Assembly: GCA_965204155.1 (NCBI GenBank)
Contig: OZ241971.1
Location: forward strand, 2,560,100 to 2,624,099
Reading direction: 5' to 3'
Length of the DNA stretch: 64,000 bases
Origin: Candidatus Rariloculaceae bacterium
GTDB taxonomy: Bacteria > Pseudomonadota > Gammaproteobacteria > Steroidobacterales > Rariloculaceae
Positions 18,931 to 27,834 of the stretch are shown here, piece after piece. Under the pieces are notes generated by a model. It had not been told where the DNA came from. It saw only the letters and a list, made by a program, of their open reading frames with translations, and made no database searches. The number at the start of each line of letters is the position of its first letter. The first letter of the stretch is position 1. The translations under genes were made by a program, and so were the position numbers.

Positions 18931-19024
18931 GCACTGCCGGTCGCTTGAGACCCTCGCCCGCAGGGATGCGGGCGCGGAGCGTACAGGGATGTATTCACAG
19001 CGTGTCTCAAGCGACCGGCAGTGC
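18931..19024. repeat. Perfect 21-bp inverted repeat with nested hairpin (intergenic, DMGDH1 / soxB)
   Basis: GCACTGCCGGTCGCTTGAGAC at 18931..18951 is the exact reverse complement of 19004..19024. Inner hairpin is CGCCCGCA-GGGA-TGCGGGCG (18955..18974). Confidence 0.9.
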
Positions 19025-19076
19025 GACTCCCCGACCCACCCACCACAGCAGCATAATCTTCGGTCAGACATGCGCC

Positions 19077-21533
19077 TCACCCATTGGCCCCATTGACATC
19101 GCGCAGCCGTTCATTGGCCGCATCGAACGGGCTGTCGGGAATCACCGTCGCCCGAAAGGTCCTGTCGAGAATCTCGATGCCGACCTCCGTGCCCGGAACC
19201 GCCAGGTCGGGAGGCAGCATCCCCAGCGCCAGCGACTTGCCGGTGCGGAAACCGTAGTTGCCGCTGGTGGCCCGGCCGACCGTCTCACCGTCCATGAGCA
19301 ACGCATTGTTGCCGAGCGCGTCGGCGTCTTCCACGTCGTGAACCTCCAGCGTGACCAGCAGGTTCTTCAGTCCGGCCTCCCTGGACGCCAGCAGGGCGTC
19401 GCGTCCCAGGAAGTCGCCCTTGTCCGGCCTGACGAACCGGTCCAGCGTCGACTCGAAGGCCGAGTACTCGATGGACAGTTCCGTGCCCACCAGCCGGTAG
19501 GACTTCTCCATGCGCATCGAGTCCATGGCGCGAATGCCGAACGGCGCCAGCCCCAGGTCCTCGCCGGCCTCGAACAACGTGTCGAAGATGTGGTTCTGGT
19601 ACTCCATGGGGTGGTGCAGTTCCCAGCCCAGTTCGCCGACGAAGTTCACCCGCATGGCGTTGACCGGCGCCGAGCCAACCACGATGTCGCGGGCGGTCAG
19701 CCAGCGGAAGGCCTGGTTCGACAGGTCGGCGCCCGTCACCCGCGACAACAGCTCCCTCGCCCTGGGGCCAGCCAGGACCAGCACGCCGACCGCGCCCGTC
19801 AGGGGCGTAAACTGCACCGAGCCGTCCTGCGGCATGTATTTGCGCAGATAGTCGTGATCCAGCCGCTGGAAGGCGCCGGCCGACACCAGGTAGAACGAAT
19901 CGCCCGGCTCGCGGCGGATCGTGAACTCCGAATGCACGCCGCCGCTACGGTTCAGCGCGTGTGCCAGACACATGCGCCCAACCTGCTTCGGCACGCTGTT
20001 GGCCACGAACCAGTTGAGGAAGTCTTCCGCTCCGGGGCCGGACACGCGGCACTTGGCGAACGCGGTCATGTCCTGCAGTCCGACGTTGTTCGTGACGTTT
20101 TCGACCTCACGGCGAACCGCCTCGAACCAGCGCGAGCGGCGGAACGACCAGTCGTCTTCCTGAGGCATGTTGTCAGTCGCAAAGAAATTGGGCCGCTCCC
20201 AGCCGAACTTCTGCCCGAATACGGCTCCACGCGCCTTCATGCGCTCGTAGCAGGGCGCTGTGCGCAACGGACGTGCGGCGGGGCGTTCCTCGTCCGGGTA
20301 GTGGATGATGAAGACGTGCGCGTAGGCTTCTTCGGTCTTTTTGACCAGGTAGTCCTTCGTCGCGTATTCGCCGAAACGGCGCGGCTCGACACCCAGCATG
20401 TCGATGGTGGGCTCCCCTTCGACGATCCACTCGGCCAGTTGCCAGCCGGCCCCGCCTGCGGCCGTGATCCCGAAGCTGTGCCCCTCGGACAGCCAGAAAT
20501 TGTCGATACCCCAGGCCGGCCCGATGATCGGGTTGCCGTCGGGCGTGTAGGCGATGGCGCCGTTGTAGACTTCCTTGATGCCTACTTCGGCGAAGGCCGG
20601 CACCCGGTTCATCGCTGCCTCGATATGCGGCATGAGGCGGTCGATGTCCTCCTGGAACAACTCGTATTCGGCCTGCGGGTCCGGGCCGTCGACGTAGCAG
20701 CAGGGCGCGTCCTTCTCGTACGGGCCGAGGATGAAGCCGCTGTTTTCCTCGCGCAGGTACCACGAGCCGTCCGATTCGCGCAGCACGCCGAGTTCGGGCA
20801 GGCCCTGGAGTTTGCGCGCCTGAAGATCGGGATGCGGTTCGGTGACGATGTACTGGTGCTCCACCGGCATCACGGGGACATCGAGTCCCACCATCTCGCC
20901 GGTCTGGCGGGCGTAATTCCCGGTGGCCGAGACCACGTGATCGCAGGTGATGCGGCCCTTGTCCGTGTGCACCACCCAGCCACCGGAGGTCGCCTGGGTG
21001 ATGCCGAGAACCGCGGTCTTGCGGTAGATCTCCGCACCGCGCCCCCGGGCGCCGGCGGCCAGCGCCTGGGTCAGGTCGGCGGGCTGGATGTAGCCGTCCT
21101 CGGGATGGAAGATGCCGCCGACGAGTCCGTCAGTATTGCACAGCGGCCACAGTTCTCCGATCTCGGCCGGGGTCAGGAAGCGTACATCCACCCCGATGGT
21201 CTTCGCCGTGGCCGCGTACTGGTGGTACTCATCCATACGGTCCCGGTTCATGGCGAGCCGCAGGTTGCCGACCCGGCTGAACCCGACCCGCCGTCCAGTC
21301 TCTTTCTCCAGCTCCTGATACAGGTTGACGGAGTACTTGTGGACCTGGCCCACCGAGTAGCTCATGTTGAACAGCGGCAGCAGGCCCGCGGCGTGCCAGG
21401 TGGAGCCCGAAGTCAGCTCGCCCTTCTCGACCAGCACCACCTCGTCCCCCCAGCCCTTCTTCGCCAGGTGATACAGCGTGCTGACGCCGACCACGCCGCC
21501 GCCGACGACCACGACTCTTGCCCGTGTTTTCAT
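19077..21533 (-). CDS. Dimethylglycine/sarcosine dehydrogenase-family flavoprotein (FAD domain + GcvT-like THF domain), paralogue 1
   Basis: 818 aa; VVVVGGGVVG dinucleotide fold; LTSGSTWHAAG (covalent-FAD His context); C-terminal aminomethyltransferase-like domain. ATGA overlap with the upstream gene. Confidence 0.85.
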   Translation of the reverse strand: MKTRARVVVVGGGVVGVSTLYHLAKKGWGDEVVLVEKGELTSGSTWHAAGLLPLFNMSYSVGQVHKYSVNLYQELEKETGRRVGFSRVGNLRLAMNRDRMDEYHQYAATAKTIGVDVRFLTPAEIGELWPLCNTDGLVGGIFHPEDGYIQPADLTQALAAGARGRGAEIYRKTAVLGITQATSGGWVVHTDKGRITCDHVVSATGNYARQTGEMVGLDVPVMPVEHQYIVTEPHPDLQARKLQGLPELGVLRESDGSWYLREENSGFILGPYEKDAPCCYVDGPDPQAEYELFQEDIDRLMPHIEAAMNRVPAFAEVGIKEVYNGAIAYTPDGNPIIGPAWGIDNFWLSEGHSFGITAAGGAGWQLAEWIVEGEPTIDMLGVEPRRFGEYATKDYLVKKTEEAYAHVFIIHYPDEERPAARPLRTAPCYERMKARGAVFGQKFGWERPNFFATDNMPQEDDWSFRRSRWFEAVRREVENVTNNVGLQDMTAFAKCRVSGPGAEDFLNWFVANSVPKQVGRMCLAHALNRSGGVHSEFTIRREPGDSFYLVSAGAFQRLDHDYLRKYMPQDGSVQFTPLTGAVGVLVLAGPRARELLSRVTGADLSNQAFRWLTARDIVVGSAPVNAMRVNFVGELGWELHHPMEYQNHIFDTLFEAGEDLGLAPFGIRAMDSMRMEKSYRLVGTELSIEYSAFESTLDRFVRPDKGDFLGRDALLASREAGLKNLLVTLEVHDVEDADALGNNALLMDGETVGRATSGNYGFRTGKSLALGMLPPDLAVPGTEVGIEILDRTFRATVIPDSPFDAANERLRDVNGANG

Positions 21534-23545
21534 CGTGCGGATGCTTTTCTTCTGCGCCGCCGCCGCCCGGCGCCGGCGGATTCCGGTCCCGGCGCCGGCT
21601 TTTCCACCACCGAGAACAGCCTTGGGAAGCTGTCTCGCTTGTTCGGGATCGCCATTGCGTCCACGAAATACTCCTGGAACTTCGGTTCCACCGCCGTTTC
21701 GATCTTCTCGATGGTGCGTACCGCGGCTTCGATTTCCGCGCGGGCAGGCAAGTTCAGCAACGCGATCAGCGCCCCCATGCCTGCTGCGTTTCCGGCCGAC
21801 TTTACCCGGTTGAGGTCGCAGTCGGGAATCAGCCCCAGGACCATCGCGTATTTCGGGTCGATGTGGGAACCGAACGCCCCGGCCAGGCGGATGCGGTCGA
21901 TCCTGTCGATGCCGGCCCGGTCCTGGAGCAAACGGACACCCGCGTACAGCGCCGCCTTGGCGAGTTGCACCTGGCGCACGTCGTTCTGCGTGACGACGAT
22001 CCGCTGCGGGCCATCATGCAAGAGGTACGAGAACGTGCGGCCGTCGGCGAGGATGCGTTCGCTCCGGCTCGCCAGTGAACCGTCGACGACCCCATCCTCG
22101 TTGATGATGCCGGCAAGGTACATCTCCGCGATGACCTCGATGATGCCGGACCCGCAGATGCCGGTGACGCCGAACGCCCCGGTCGCTGTGTCGAAATCCG
22201 GATCATCCGACCAAAGCTCCGATCCGATGACGCTATAGCGCGGCTCAAGGTCCACCGGATCGATGCGCACCCGCTCGATGGCGCCGGGAGTAGCGCGCTG
22301 ACCGCCGGAAATCTGCGCGCCCTCGAAGGCGGGTCCTGTGGGACTGGAGCAGGCCAGCAGCCGGTCGCGGTTGCCGAGCAGGATCTCCGCGTTGGTGCCC
22401 ACGTCCACCACCAAAGAAACCTCGTCGAGCAGGTGCGGTTCCTCGGCCAGGACCATTCCGGCCGCGTCGGCCCCCACGTGCCCGGCGATGCACGGCAGCA
22501 CGTAGACGTTGGCGCCCGGATGGATCCCGATGCCGATGTCGCGGGCCTTGAGGTCGAGCGCGGTATCGACCGCCAGGGCAAAGGGGGCGCCGCCGAGTTC
22601 ACGGGGGTCCAGGCCCAGGAACAGGTGGTGCATGATGGGATTGCCGACCACCGTCAGTTCCACAACGTCCTCGGGGCCGATACCGCCCTGGCGGCAAACC
22701 TGTCCGACGAGGTCGTTCACTCCCCCGCGAACGGCACTCGTCAGCTCTGCGGCGCCCTCCGGGTGCATCATCACGTAGGAAACCCGGCTCATCAGGTCCT
22801 CGCCGAAACGAATCTGCGGGTTCATGATGCCGTCAGTGGCGATCACGTTGCCCGCCGTCAGGTTCACCAGGTGGGCGGCGATCGTCGTCGAACCGATGTC
22901 GATCGCGATGCCGTGGACCCTGGGCCTGAAACCGGGCCAGACGGCGACAATGGTGGACTCATTGTGCACGGCCACGGTGACCCGCCACCCGCCCTCCCGC
23001 AGCGCGTGTTGCAGACCCGGCAGAATGACCGGGTCGCACAGCAGATCGGCAAGCTGCCACTCCCAGGCCAGCGCGTCGCAAAGCCGCTGCAGGTCGCCGG
23101 TGGTTTCGAGCATGTCGGCAGGCTGTACCTCCACGTGATAGAGCCGCGTGGCCGGGTCGAGCTTGATGTCGCGGTGCTCGGCATCCTTGCGCACGACCTG
23201 GCGGTGCATCTGGCTCTCCGGCGGCACGTCGATGACGAGATCGCCCCCGATCACCGCCTGGCAGCTCAGGCGGTGGTTGGCCGCAAGTTTCCGGCGGCGC
23301 TCGCTGTACCGCGCTTCGATTTCGTTGAGCCGCGATAGATGCTCCGGGCGGGAACGGATCGCGTGCTTGGCAAAATCTCCGTCCATGCAGACAATGCGGC
23401 AGCGCCCGCAAAGCCCGCGGCCGCCGCACACCGAGTCCACGTCGACACCGATGCTCCGGGCGGCGTCCAGCAGCCGCGTGCCGTGCGGAAACGTGCCGCG
23501 GCGCCCGGAGGGTGTAAAGACGATCCTGGCGTCCCCGTGAGTCAC
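21530..23545 (-). CDS. RACo-like corrinoid reductive activase (2Fe-2S ferredoxin + ASKHA/DUF4445 ATPase)
   Basis: N-terminal plant-type ferredoxin motif CGGRGLCGRCRI followed by a long ASKHA-like body. GTG 23545 is preferred (GGAG 8 nt upstream); alternative GTG at 23641 (track start). Confidence 0.78.
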   Translation of the reverse strand: MTHGDARIVFTPSGRRGTFPHGTRLLDAARSIGVDVDSVCGGRGLCGRCRIVCMDGDFAKHAIRSRPEHLSRLNEIEARYSERRRKLAANHRLSCQAVIGGDLVIDVPPESQMHRQVVRKDAEHRDIKLDPATRLYHVEVQPADMLETTGDLQRLCDALAWEWQLADLLCDPVILPGLQHALREGGWRVTVAVHNESTIVAVWPGFRPRVHGIAIDIGSTTIAAHLVNLTAGNVIATDGIMNPQIRFGEDLMSRVSYVMMHPEGAAELTSAVRGGVNDLVGQVCRQGGIGPEDVVELTVVGNPIMHHLFLGLDPRELGGAPFALAVDTALDLKARDIGIGIHPGANVYVLPCIAGHVGADAAGMVLAEEPHLLDEVSLVVDVGTNAEILLGNRDRLLACSSPTGPAFEGAQISGGQRATPGAIERVRIDPVDLEPRYSVIGSELWSDDPDFDTATGAFGVTGICGSGIIEVIAEMYLAGIINEDGVVDGSLASRSERILADGRTFSYLLHDGPQRIVVTQNDVRQVQLAKAALYAGVRLLQDRAGIDRIDRIRLAGAFGSHIDPKYAMVLGLIPDCDLNRVKSAGNAAGMGALIALLNLPARAEIEAAVRTIEKIETAVEPKFQEYFVDAMAIPNKRDSFPRLFSVVEKPAPGPESAGAGRRRRRRKASAR

Positions 23546-23644
23546 GCCGATTGCTCCGGTCCGGTCCGCGCCGCGGTTCGGTCCGCCGCAGTTTGCCGCG
23601 CCGGCGCGCGTTTCACGGCGTTGTCGCACGCGGTCCGGCACATG

Positions 23645-24559
23645 TCAGCACGCCGTCGCCCCGGCCCGCCGCCGGCGTCGCCGTCCGCCGCGTTCCCGCC
23701 GCGTTCCCGCGGCCGACGGCTGGCGGTACTTGCGGATCCAGTTGGCGCAGTCCGGGTCGTGCCCCATCATGACATCGGCGCCCAGCACGGCCTGAACGAC
23801 GTCGGCGTGCAGCGGATTCGTGATCGCCGAGGTCATGCCCGCGCCGATGGCCATGGTCAGGAACGCGGAATTGATGCCGTTGCGGTTCGGCAGCCCGAAG
23901 CTGACATTGGAGGCGCCGCAGGTCGTGTTGACTCTGAGTTCCCCGCGCAGCCGCCGCACGATGTGCATGACCTGCTTGCCCGCCGCGTTGATCGCGCCGA
24001 TGGGCATCACCAGCGGGTCGACCACCACATCCTCCCGGGTGATGCCGTGGTCGGCGGCGCGCTCGACGATCTTCTTCGCCACGGAGTAGCGCACGTCCGG
24101 GTCCTCGGAAATGCCGGTTTCGTCGTTGGAAATGGCGACCACCGCGGCGCCGTGCCGCTTCACCAGGGGCAGCACCGACTCGAGCCGCTCTTCCTCGCCG
24201 GTCACCGAGTTGACCAGCGCCTTGCCCTGGTACACCGCCAGTCCGGCTTCCAGGGCCGCGACGATGGACGAATCGATGGACAGCGGCACATCGGTGATCG
24301 ACTGCACGAGTTGGACAATGTCCGCCAGCATTTTCGGCTCGTCGGCCAGGGGCACGCCGGCATTGACATCGAGCATGTGCGCGCCGGCTTCGACCTGCGC
24401 GATGGCGTCGGCCTCCACCCGGCGGTAGTCGCCCCGCGCCATCTCCTCGGCGAGAACCTTGCGCCCGGTGGGATTGATGCGTTCGCCGATGACGACGAAC
24501 GGACGGTCGAATCCGATCCGCACTTCCCTGGTGGGCGAAGCAATGACTGTTTCGGTCAT
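23645..24559 (-). CDS. Methyltetrahydrofolate:corrinoid methyltransferase (pterin-binding, MtrH/AcsE-like)
   Basis: Starts at Met108 of the track ORF (MTETVIASPTREVRIGFDRPFVVIGERINPTGRK), the typical pterin-binding-barrel N-terminus. ATGA overlap with metF. Confidence 0.8.
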   Translation of the reverse strand: MTETVIASPTREVRIGFDRPFVVIGERINPTGRKVLAEEMARGDYRRVEADAIAQVEAGAHMLDVNAGVPLADEPKMLADIVQLVQSITDVPLSIDSSIVAALEAGLAVYQGKALVNSVTGEEERLESVLPLVKRHGAAVVAISNDETGISEDPDVRYSVAKKIVERAADHGITREDVVVDPLVMPIGAINAAGKQVMHIVRRLRGELRVNTTCGASNVSFGLPNRNGINSAFLTMAIGAGMTSAITNPLHADVVQAVLGADVMMGHDPDCANWIRKYRQPSAAGTRRERGGRRRRRRAGATAC

Positions 24560-25626
24560 GAGACTGCCTCCACTGCCCGCACGGTCCGCGCGCGGGACAC
24601 GTCGGGGTTGCCGCGATCCGACGCAATGTTCTTCCAGTCCATCGTCGGCCGCCACGGCCTGCGGCCGCCCAGCACATCGGAACGCTCGACGATTTCGGCG
24701 ACCCGGTGTTCCTGACGGTACGCCATGATGTGAATCCCGTGCACGCCCTGGATTTCCCTGATCCGATGGATCATGTCGATGCAGATGTTTACCCCCTCCC
24801 GTTGCTGGTTCTTCGCTCCCTGCAGGCGGTGGATGACGGCATCGGGAATGCGAATGCCGGGCACGTTGGTGCGAATCCATTCGGCCGAACGGGCCGAGGC
24901 GAGCGGGCCGACACCTGCCAGGATGAACACCTTCTCATGAGTCCCAGCGTCGCGCACCGCTGCCATGTAGCGCTCGAACATTTCCAGGTCGAAGCAGTAC
25001 TGTGTCTGCACGAACTGCGCGCCGGCCTCCACCTTCTTGGCCAGCCTGTGTGGCCGGTAGTCCAGCGGCGGGGCGAACGGGTTCGCGGCGGCGCCCAGGA
25101 ACACGCGCGGCGGCTCGGTCAGCCTGCGTCCGCTCAGGAACCTGGCTTCATCGCGCATGCTGCGGATCATGGTCAGCATGGACATGCTGTCCAGGTCGAA
25201 TACGGGTTTGGCCTCCGGGTGATCGCCGACATCGACGCCATCGCCCGTCAGGCAGAGGATGCTGGCGACCCCCATTGCCGCCGCGCCGAGCACGTCGCCC
25301 TGGATGGCGATCCGGTTGCGGTCCCGGGCCGACACCTGCATGACCATGGCGTAACCCCGCCGCGTCAGCAGCGAGCACATGCCCACGCTGGACATGTGGC
25401 AGTTGGCCCCCGAGCCGTCGGTGGCGTTGATGGCATCCACGTACCCGTCGTACAGCGCAGCGCGCTCGTAGACTTCGGCCGGGTTGGACGAGTCGGGCGG
25501 CGCGATCTCGGCGGTCACCGCAAAGCCGCCGGCGCGCAGCACGCGCTCGAACCGGCCGAACGAGGAATGCCCGGGCCGGATGGGCAGCGGATCGCCGGGT
25601 ACCAGCGGTTCGTCTTCAAACTGCAT
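24556..25626 (-). CDS. metF: Methylenetetrahydrofolate reductase, MetF type
   Basis: 356 aa with MTHFR TIM-barrel pattern (FAVTAEIAPPDS…VDAINATDGSGANCHMSS…). Confidence 0.85.
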   Translation of the reverse strand: MQFEDEPLVPGDPLPIRPGHSSFGRFERVLRAGGFAVTAEIAPPDSSNPAEVYERAALYDGYVDAINATDGSGANCHMSSVGMCSLLTRRGYAMVMQVSARDRNRIAIQGDVLGAAAMGVASILCLTGDGVDVGDHPEAKPVFDLDSMSMLTMIRSMRDEARFLSGRRLTEPPRVFLGAAANPFAPPLDYRPHRLAKKVEAGAQFVQTQYCFDLEMFERYMAAVRDAGTHEKVFILAGVGPLASARSAEWIRTNVPGIRIPDAVIHRLQGAKNQQREGVNICIDMIHRIREIQGVHGIHIMAYRQEHRVAEIVERSDVLGGRRPWRPTMDWKNIASDRGNPDVSRARTVRAVEAVS

Positions 25627-26116
25627 GTCTGCGGCTCTCGACCCGGATGCGAACCTCTCGCAGCCACGCCGACCGGCCGATCAACTGGTGGTCGACGGGC
25701 GGCTGCACGACCTGCAGCGGAAACTCTTCTTCGCGCAATCGCTGGTTGCCCTCCCACGCGAGCACCCAGACGCAGGGCATCTCCGGCTTCACCTCGCAGT
25801 TTCCGTCGGCGCGCACGCCGCCGCAGGGGCCGTTGCGCATCTCCTTCGGGCAGTTCATCGGGCAGGACAGTCCGGTGAAGCCGACGATGCACTGGCCGCA
25901 GTTCTGCGAATCCAGCAGGACGCCCTTGGTGAATGACTCGACTTTCATGAACGGCTTGTCGAGCCGCGCATAACCGATGCGCCGCAACAGCGGGTGGCAC
26001 CAGACAAGGATCTGCTCGATGGCGGCGTAGAGTCTCTTCAGGAAGCGCGCATTGCGCACCGACCAGTGCCGCATTCGGTACGTTTCAACGCGTTCCGTGG
26101 CTGATCCGGTGGCCAT
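25616..26116 (-). CDS. MTHFR C-terminal-domain / MetV-like Cys-rich small subunit
   Basis: 166 aa with Cys cluster CGQC…SCPMNCPKEMRNGPCGG…GNCEV. Overlaps the metF start by 11 nt. Confidence 0.75.
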   Translation of the reverse strand: MATGSATERVETYRMRHWSVRNARFLKRLYAAIEQILVWCHPLLRRIGYARLDKPFMKVESFTKGVLLDSQNCGQCIVGFTGLSCPMNCPKEMRNGPCGGVRADGNCEVKPEMPCVWVLAWEGNQRLREEEFPLQVVQPPVDHQLIGRSAWLREVRIRVESRRHAV

Positions 26117-26122
26117 GGGGTG

Positions 26123-26518
26123 CTAGGTCCCGTCGACGCTGTCCGTGCTGCCGCCGTCCGGGCCGCCGCTGTCCGGGCCGCCGCCTCCCGTGCTGCCGCC
26201 GTCCGGGCCGCCGCTGTCTGTGCTGGCGCCGTGACTGCGGATCAACAGTTTGAGCCGCTCCTGCGTAAATTCCTCTTCAAAGCGGCTCGCCTCGGCCAGC
26301 GCAAGCTCGCGCAGTTCGCCGGCGGAATCCATCATCGTGGTCTCGCGGCGCCATTCGGCGAGGTAGGCTGCGCTGCCGCCCTTGCCGGCACGCATGGCGG
26401 CCCGGTCGATGGCTTCCTGGAACCGGCCGCTCAGCAGGACCTTTTCGCGCCGCCGGCCACGCTGCAGGATGACCTGGGAGGGAATGTCACGCCAGTAAAC
26501 GAGAATTCTCTTGACCAT
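26123..26518 (-). CDS. Small 'virulence factor'-family protein of unknown function
   Basis: 131 aa; N-terminus MVKRILVYWRDIPSQV as I recall for this family, which co-occurs with MttB clusters. Gly/Ser/Asp/Pro-rich repeat tail. Confidence 0.55.
   Translation of the reverse strand: MVKRILVYWRDIPSQVILQRGRRREKVLLSGRFQEAIDRAAMRAGKGGSAAYLAEWRRETTMMDSAGELRELALAEASRFEEEFTQERLKLLIRSHGASTDSGGPDGGSTGGGGPDSGGPDGGSTDSVDGT
26144..26218 (-). repeat. In-frame 30-bp perfect direct repeat (period 45 bp) in the tail of the preceding CDS
   Basis: CGTGCTGCCGCCGTCCGGGCCGCCGCTGTC occurs at 26144..26173 and again at 26189..26218; it encodes the repeated DSGGPDGGST tail. Confidence 0.85.
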
Positions 26519-27116
26519 GGTCTGCTTTCCCGACCCGGGCCGCCAGGCTCAACTCAAGTTCGCCGTATCCGCAGTGCACGTGCTCGAAATCGAGTTCGAG
26601 GCATGCCGCGGCCCGCATGGCGGATTCGAGCAGCCGCGCGTCTTCCGTCTGCGAGAGGTATACGAGCTTGCGGTAGTTGCCAAAATACGCATCGCGCAGT
26701 TCCGGATGCCGGTCCAGTCCCAGCGGCTTCATCACGAAACGGTCGAAGTGGCGCGCCAGGAAGTCGGTCAGGTAGAACGTGCCGGGCTCCGCCGCGGACA
26801 GCGCGGCGAAGCGTTCGCGCCCGGCGAAGAACTGGTAGCAGTGCGCGCCTTCCAGCCGCTCGGCGCCTTCCTCCGCAAGCACGCGGTCGATGCCGCCGGT
26901 CGTGCCGCAGTCCGCGTACGCGACGAAAATCTCGCCGTACGCGGCTCGATGCCTGCGAATCATCTGCCGCAGGCGCCCGGGAATCTCCGCCGGGCGGTTG
27001 TGCAACCGCGCGTCGATGCACTTCAGGTGCAGGTGCTGCCAGCCCCAGCGGCGTTTGAGCGCGTCGATCTCCCGTGCCAGGGCGCCGCAGGCGATGACCA
27101 GGATCGGCTCAGGCAT
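26487..27116 (-). CDS. DUF1638-family protein
   Basis: 209 aa; pattern ILVIACGALAREI…LHNRPAEIP…YADCGTTGGID as recalled for DUF1638. Overlaps both neighbouring genes. Confidence 0.6.
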   Translation of the reverse strand: MPEPILVIACGALAREIDALKRRWGWQHLHLKCIDARLHNRPAEIPGRLRQMIRRHRAAYGEIFVAYADCGTTGGIDRVLAEEGAERLEGAHCYQFFAGRERFAALSAAEPGTFYLTDFLARHFDRFVMKPLGLDRHPELRDAYFGNYRKLVYLSQTEDARLLESAMRAAACLELDFEHVHCGYGELELSLAARVGKADHGQENSRLLA

Positions 27117-27834
27117 TGACGATCTCTCCCAGGCGGCGCGTCCGCACCATGTTCGGCGCCACGTCCGCGGCCTGCGCCGCGTCCCGGCAATAGCCGTCCG
27201 CCCCTACGGCACGGCCGAACTCCTCGTTGAGCGGCGCACCGCCCACCAGCACGATGTAGTCGTCGCGGATGCGTTGCTTGACCATCTCGTCGATGACCAC
27301 CTTCATGTAGGGCATGGTGGTGGTGAGCAGGGCGGACATGCCGAGGATGTCCGGCCGGTGCTTCTCCATCGCCTCGAAATAGTCTTCCACCGAGTTGTTG
27401 ATGCCGATGTCGAAGACTTCGAAGCCCGCGCCTTCCAGCATCATCCCCACCAGGTTCTTGCCGATGTCGTGGATGTCGCCCTTCACGGTGCCGATGACCA
27501 TCTTGCCGATGGGCTTGACGCCGGTCTCGGAGAGCAGCGGTCGCAGGATCTCCATGCCGCCCTTCATGGCGTTGGCCGCCAGCAGCACCTCGGGCACGAA
27601 CAGGATGCCGTCGCGGAAGTCGATGCCGACGATCCGCATGCCTTCCACCAGCGCCTCGTTGAGCACCTTCTCCGCGCCCCATTTGCGCTCGAGCAGGATG
27701 GACGTGCCCTCGACGATCTCCTCCCTGAGCCCGTCGTAGAGGTCTTCGTGCATCTGCTCCACGAGTTCGCCGTCGTCCAGTTCCGCCAGGACGATGTCTT
27801 CCTCTTCCAGGATGGCTGCGTGTTCCATGGCCAT
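27109..27834 (-). CDS. Cobalamin-binding corrinoid protein (B12-binding_2 helical cap + Rossmann B12 domain)
   Basis: Last 241 codons (MAMEHAAILEEED…) of track ORF 27109..29664. DxHxxG lower-ligand motif GDIHDIGKN, plus MSALLTTT and GGAP motifs. Confidence 0.85.
   Translation of the reverse strand: MAMEHAAILEEEDIVLAELDDGELVEQMHEDLYDGLREEIVEGTSILLERKWGAEKVLNEALVEGMRIVGIDFRDGILFVPEVLLAANAMKGGMEILRPLLSETGVKPIGKMVIGTVKGDIHDIGKNLVGMMLEGAGFEVFDIGINNSVEDYFEAMEKHRPDILGMSALLTTTMPYMKVVIDEMVKQRIRDDYIVLVGGAPLNEEFGRAVGADGYCRDAAQAADVAPNMVRTRRLGEIVNA

Noticed and set aside
18405-22238. 1277-aa plus-strand ORF spanning soxB, the intergenic repeat and DMGDH paralogue 1
   Set aside because: It is antisense to strongly conserved minus-strand genes. 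The composition is dominated by Arg/Ala/Gly/Pro/Val, as expected for a shadow frame in GC-rich DNA, and it has no recognisable domain.
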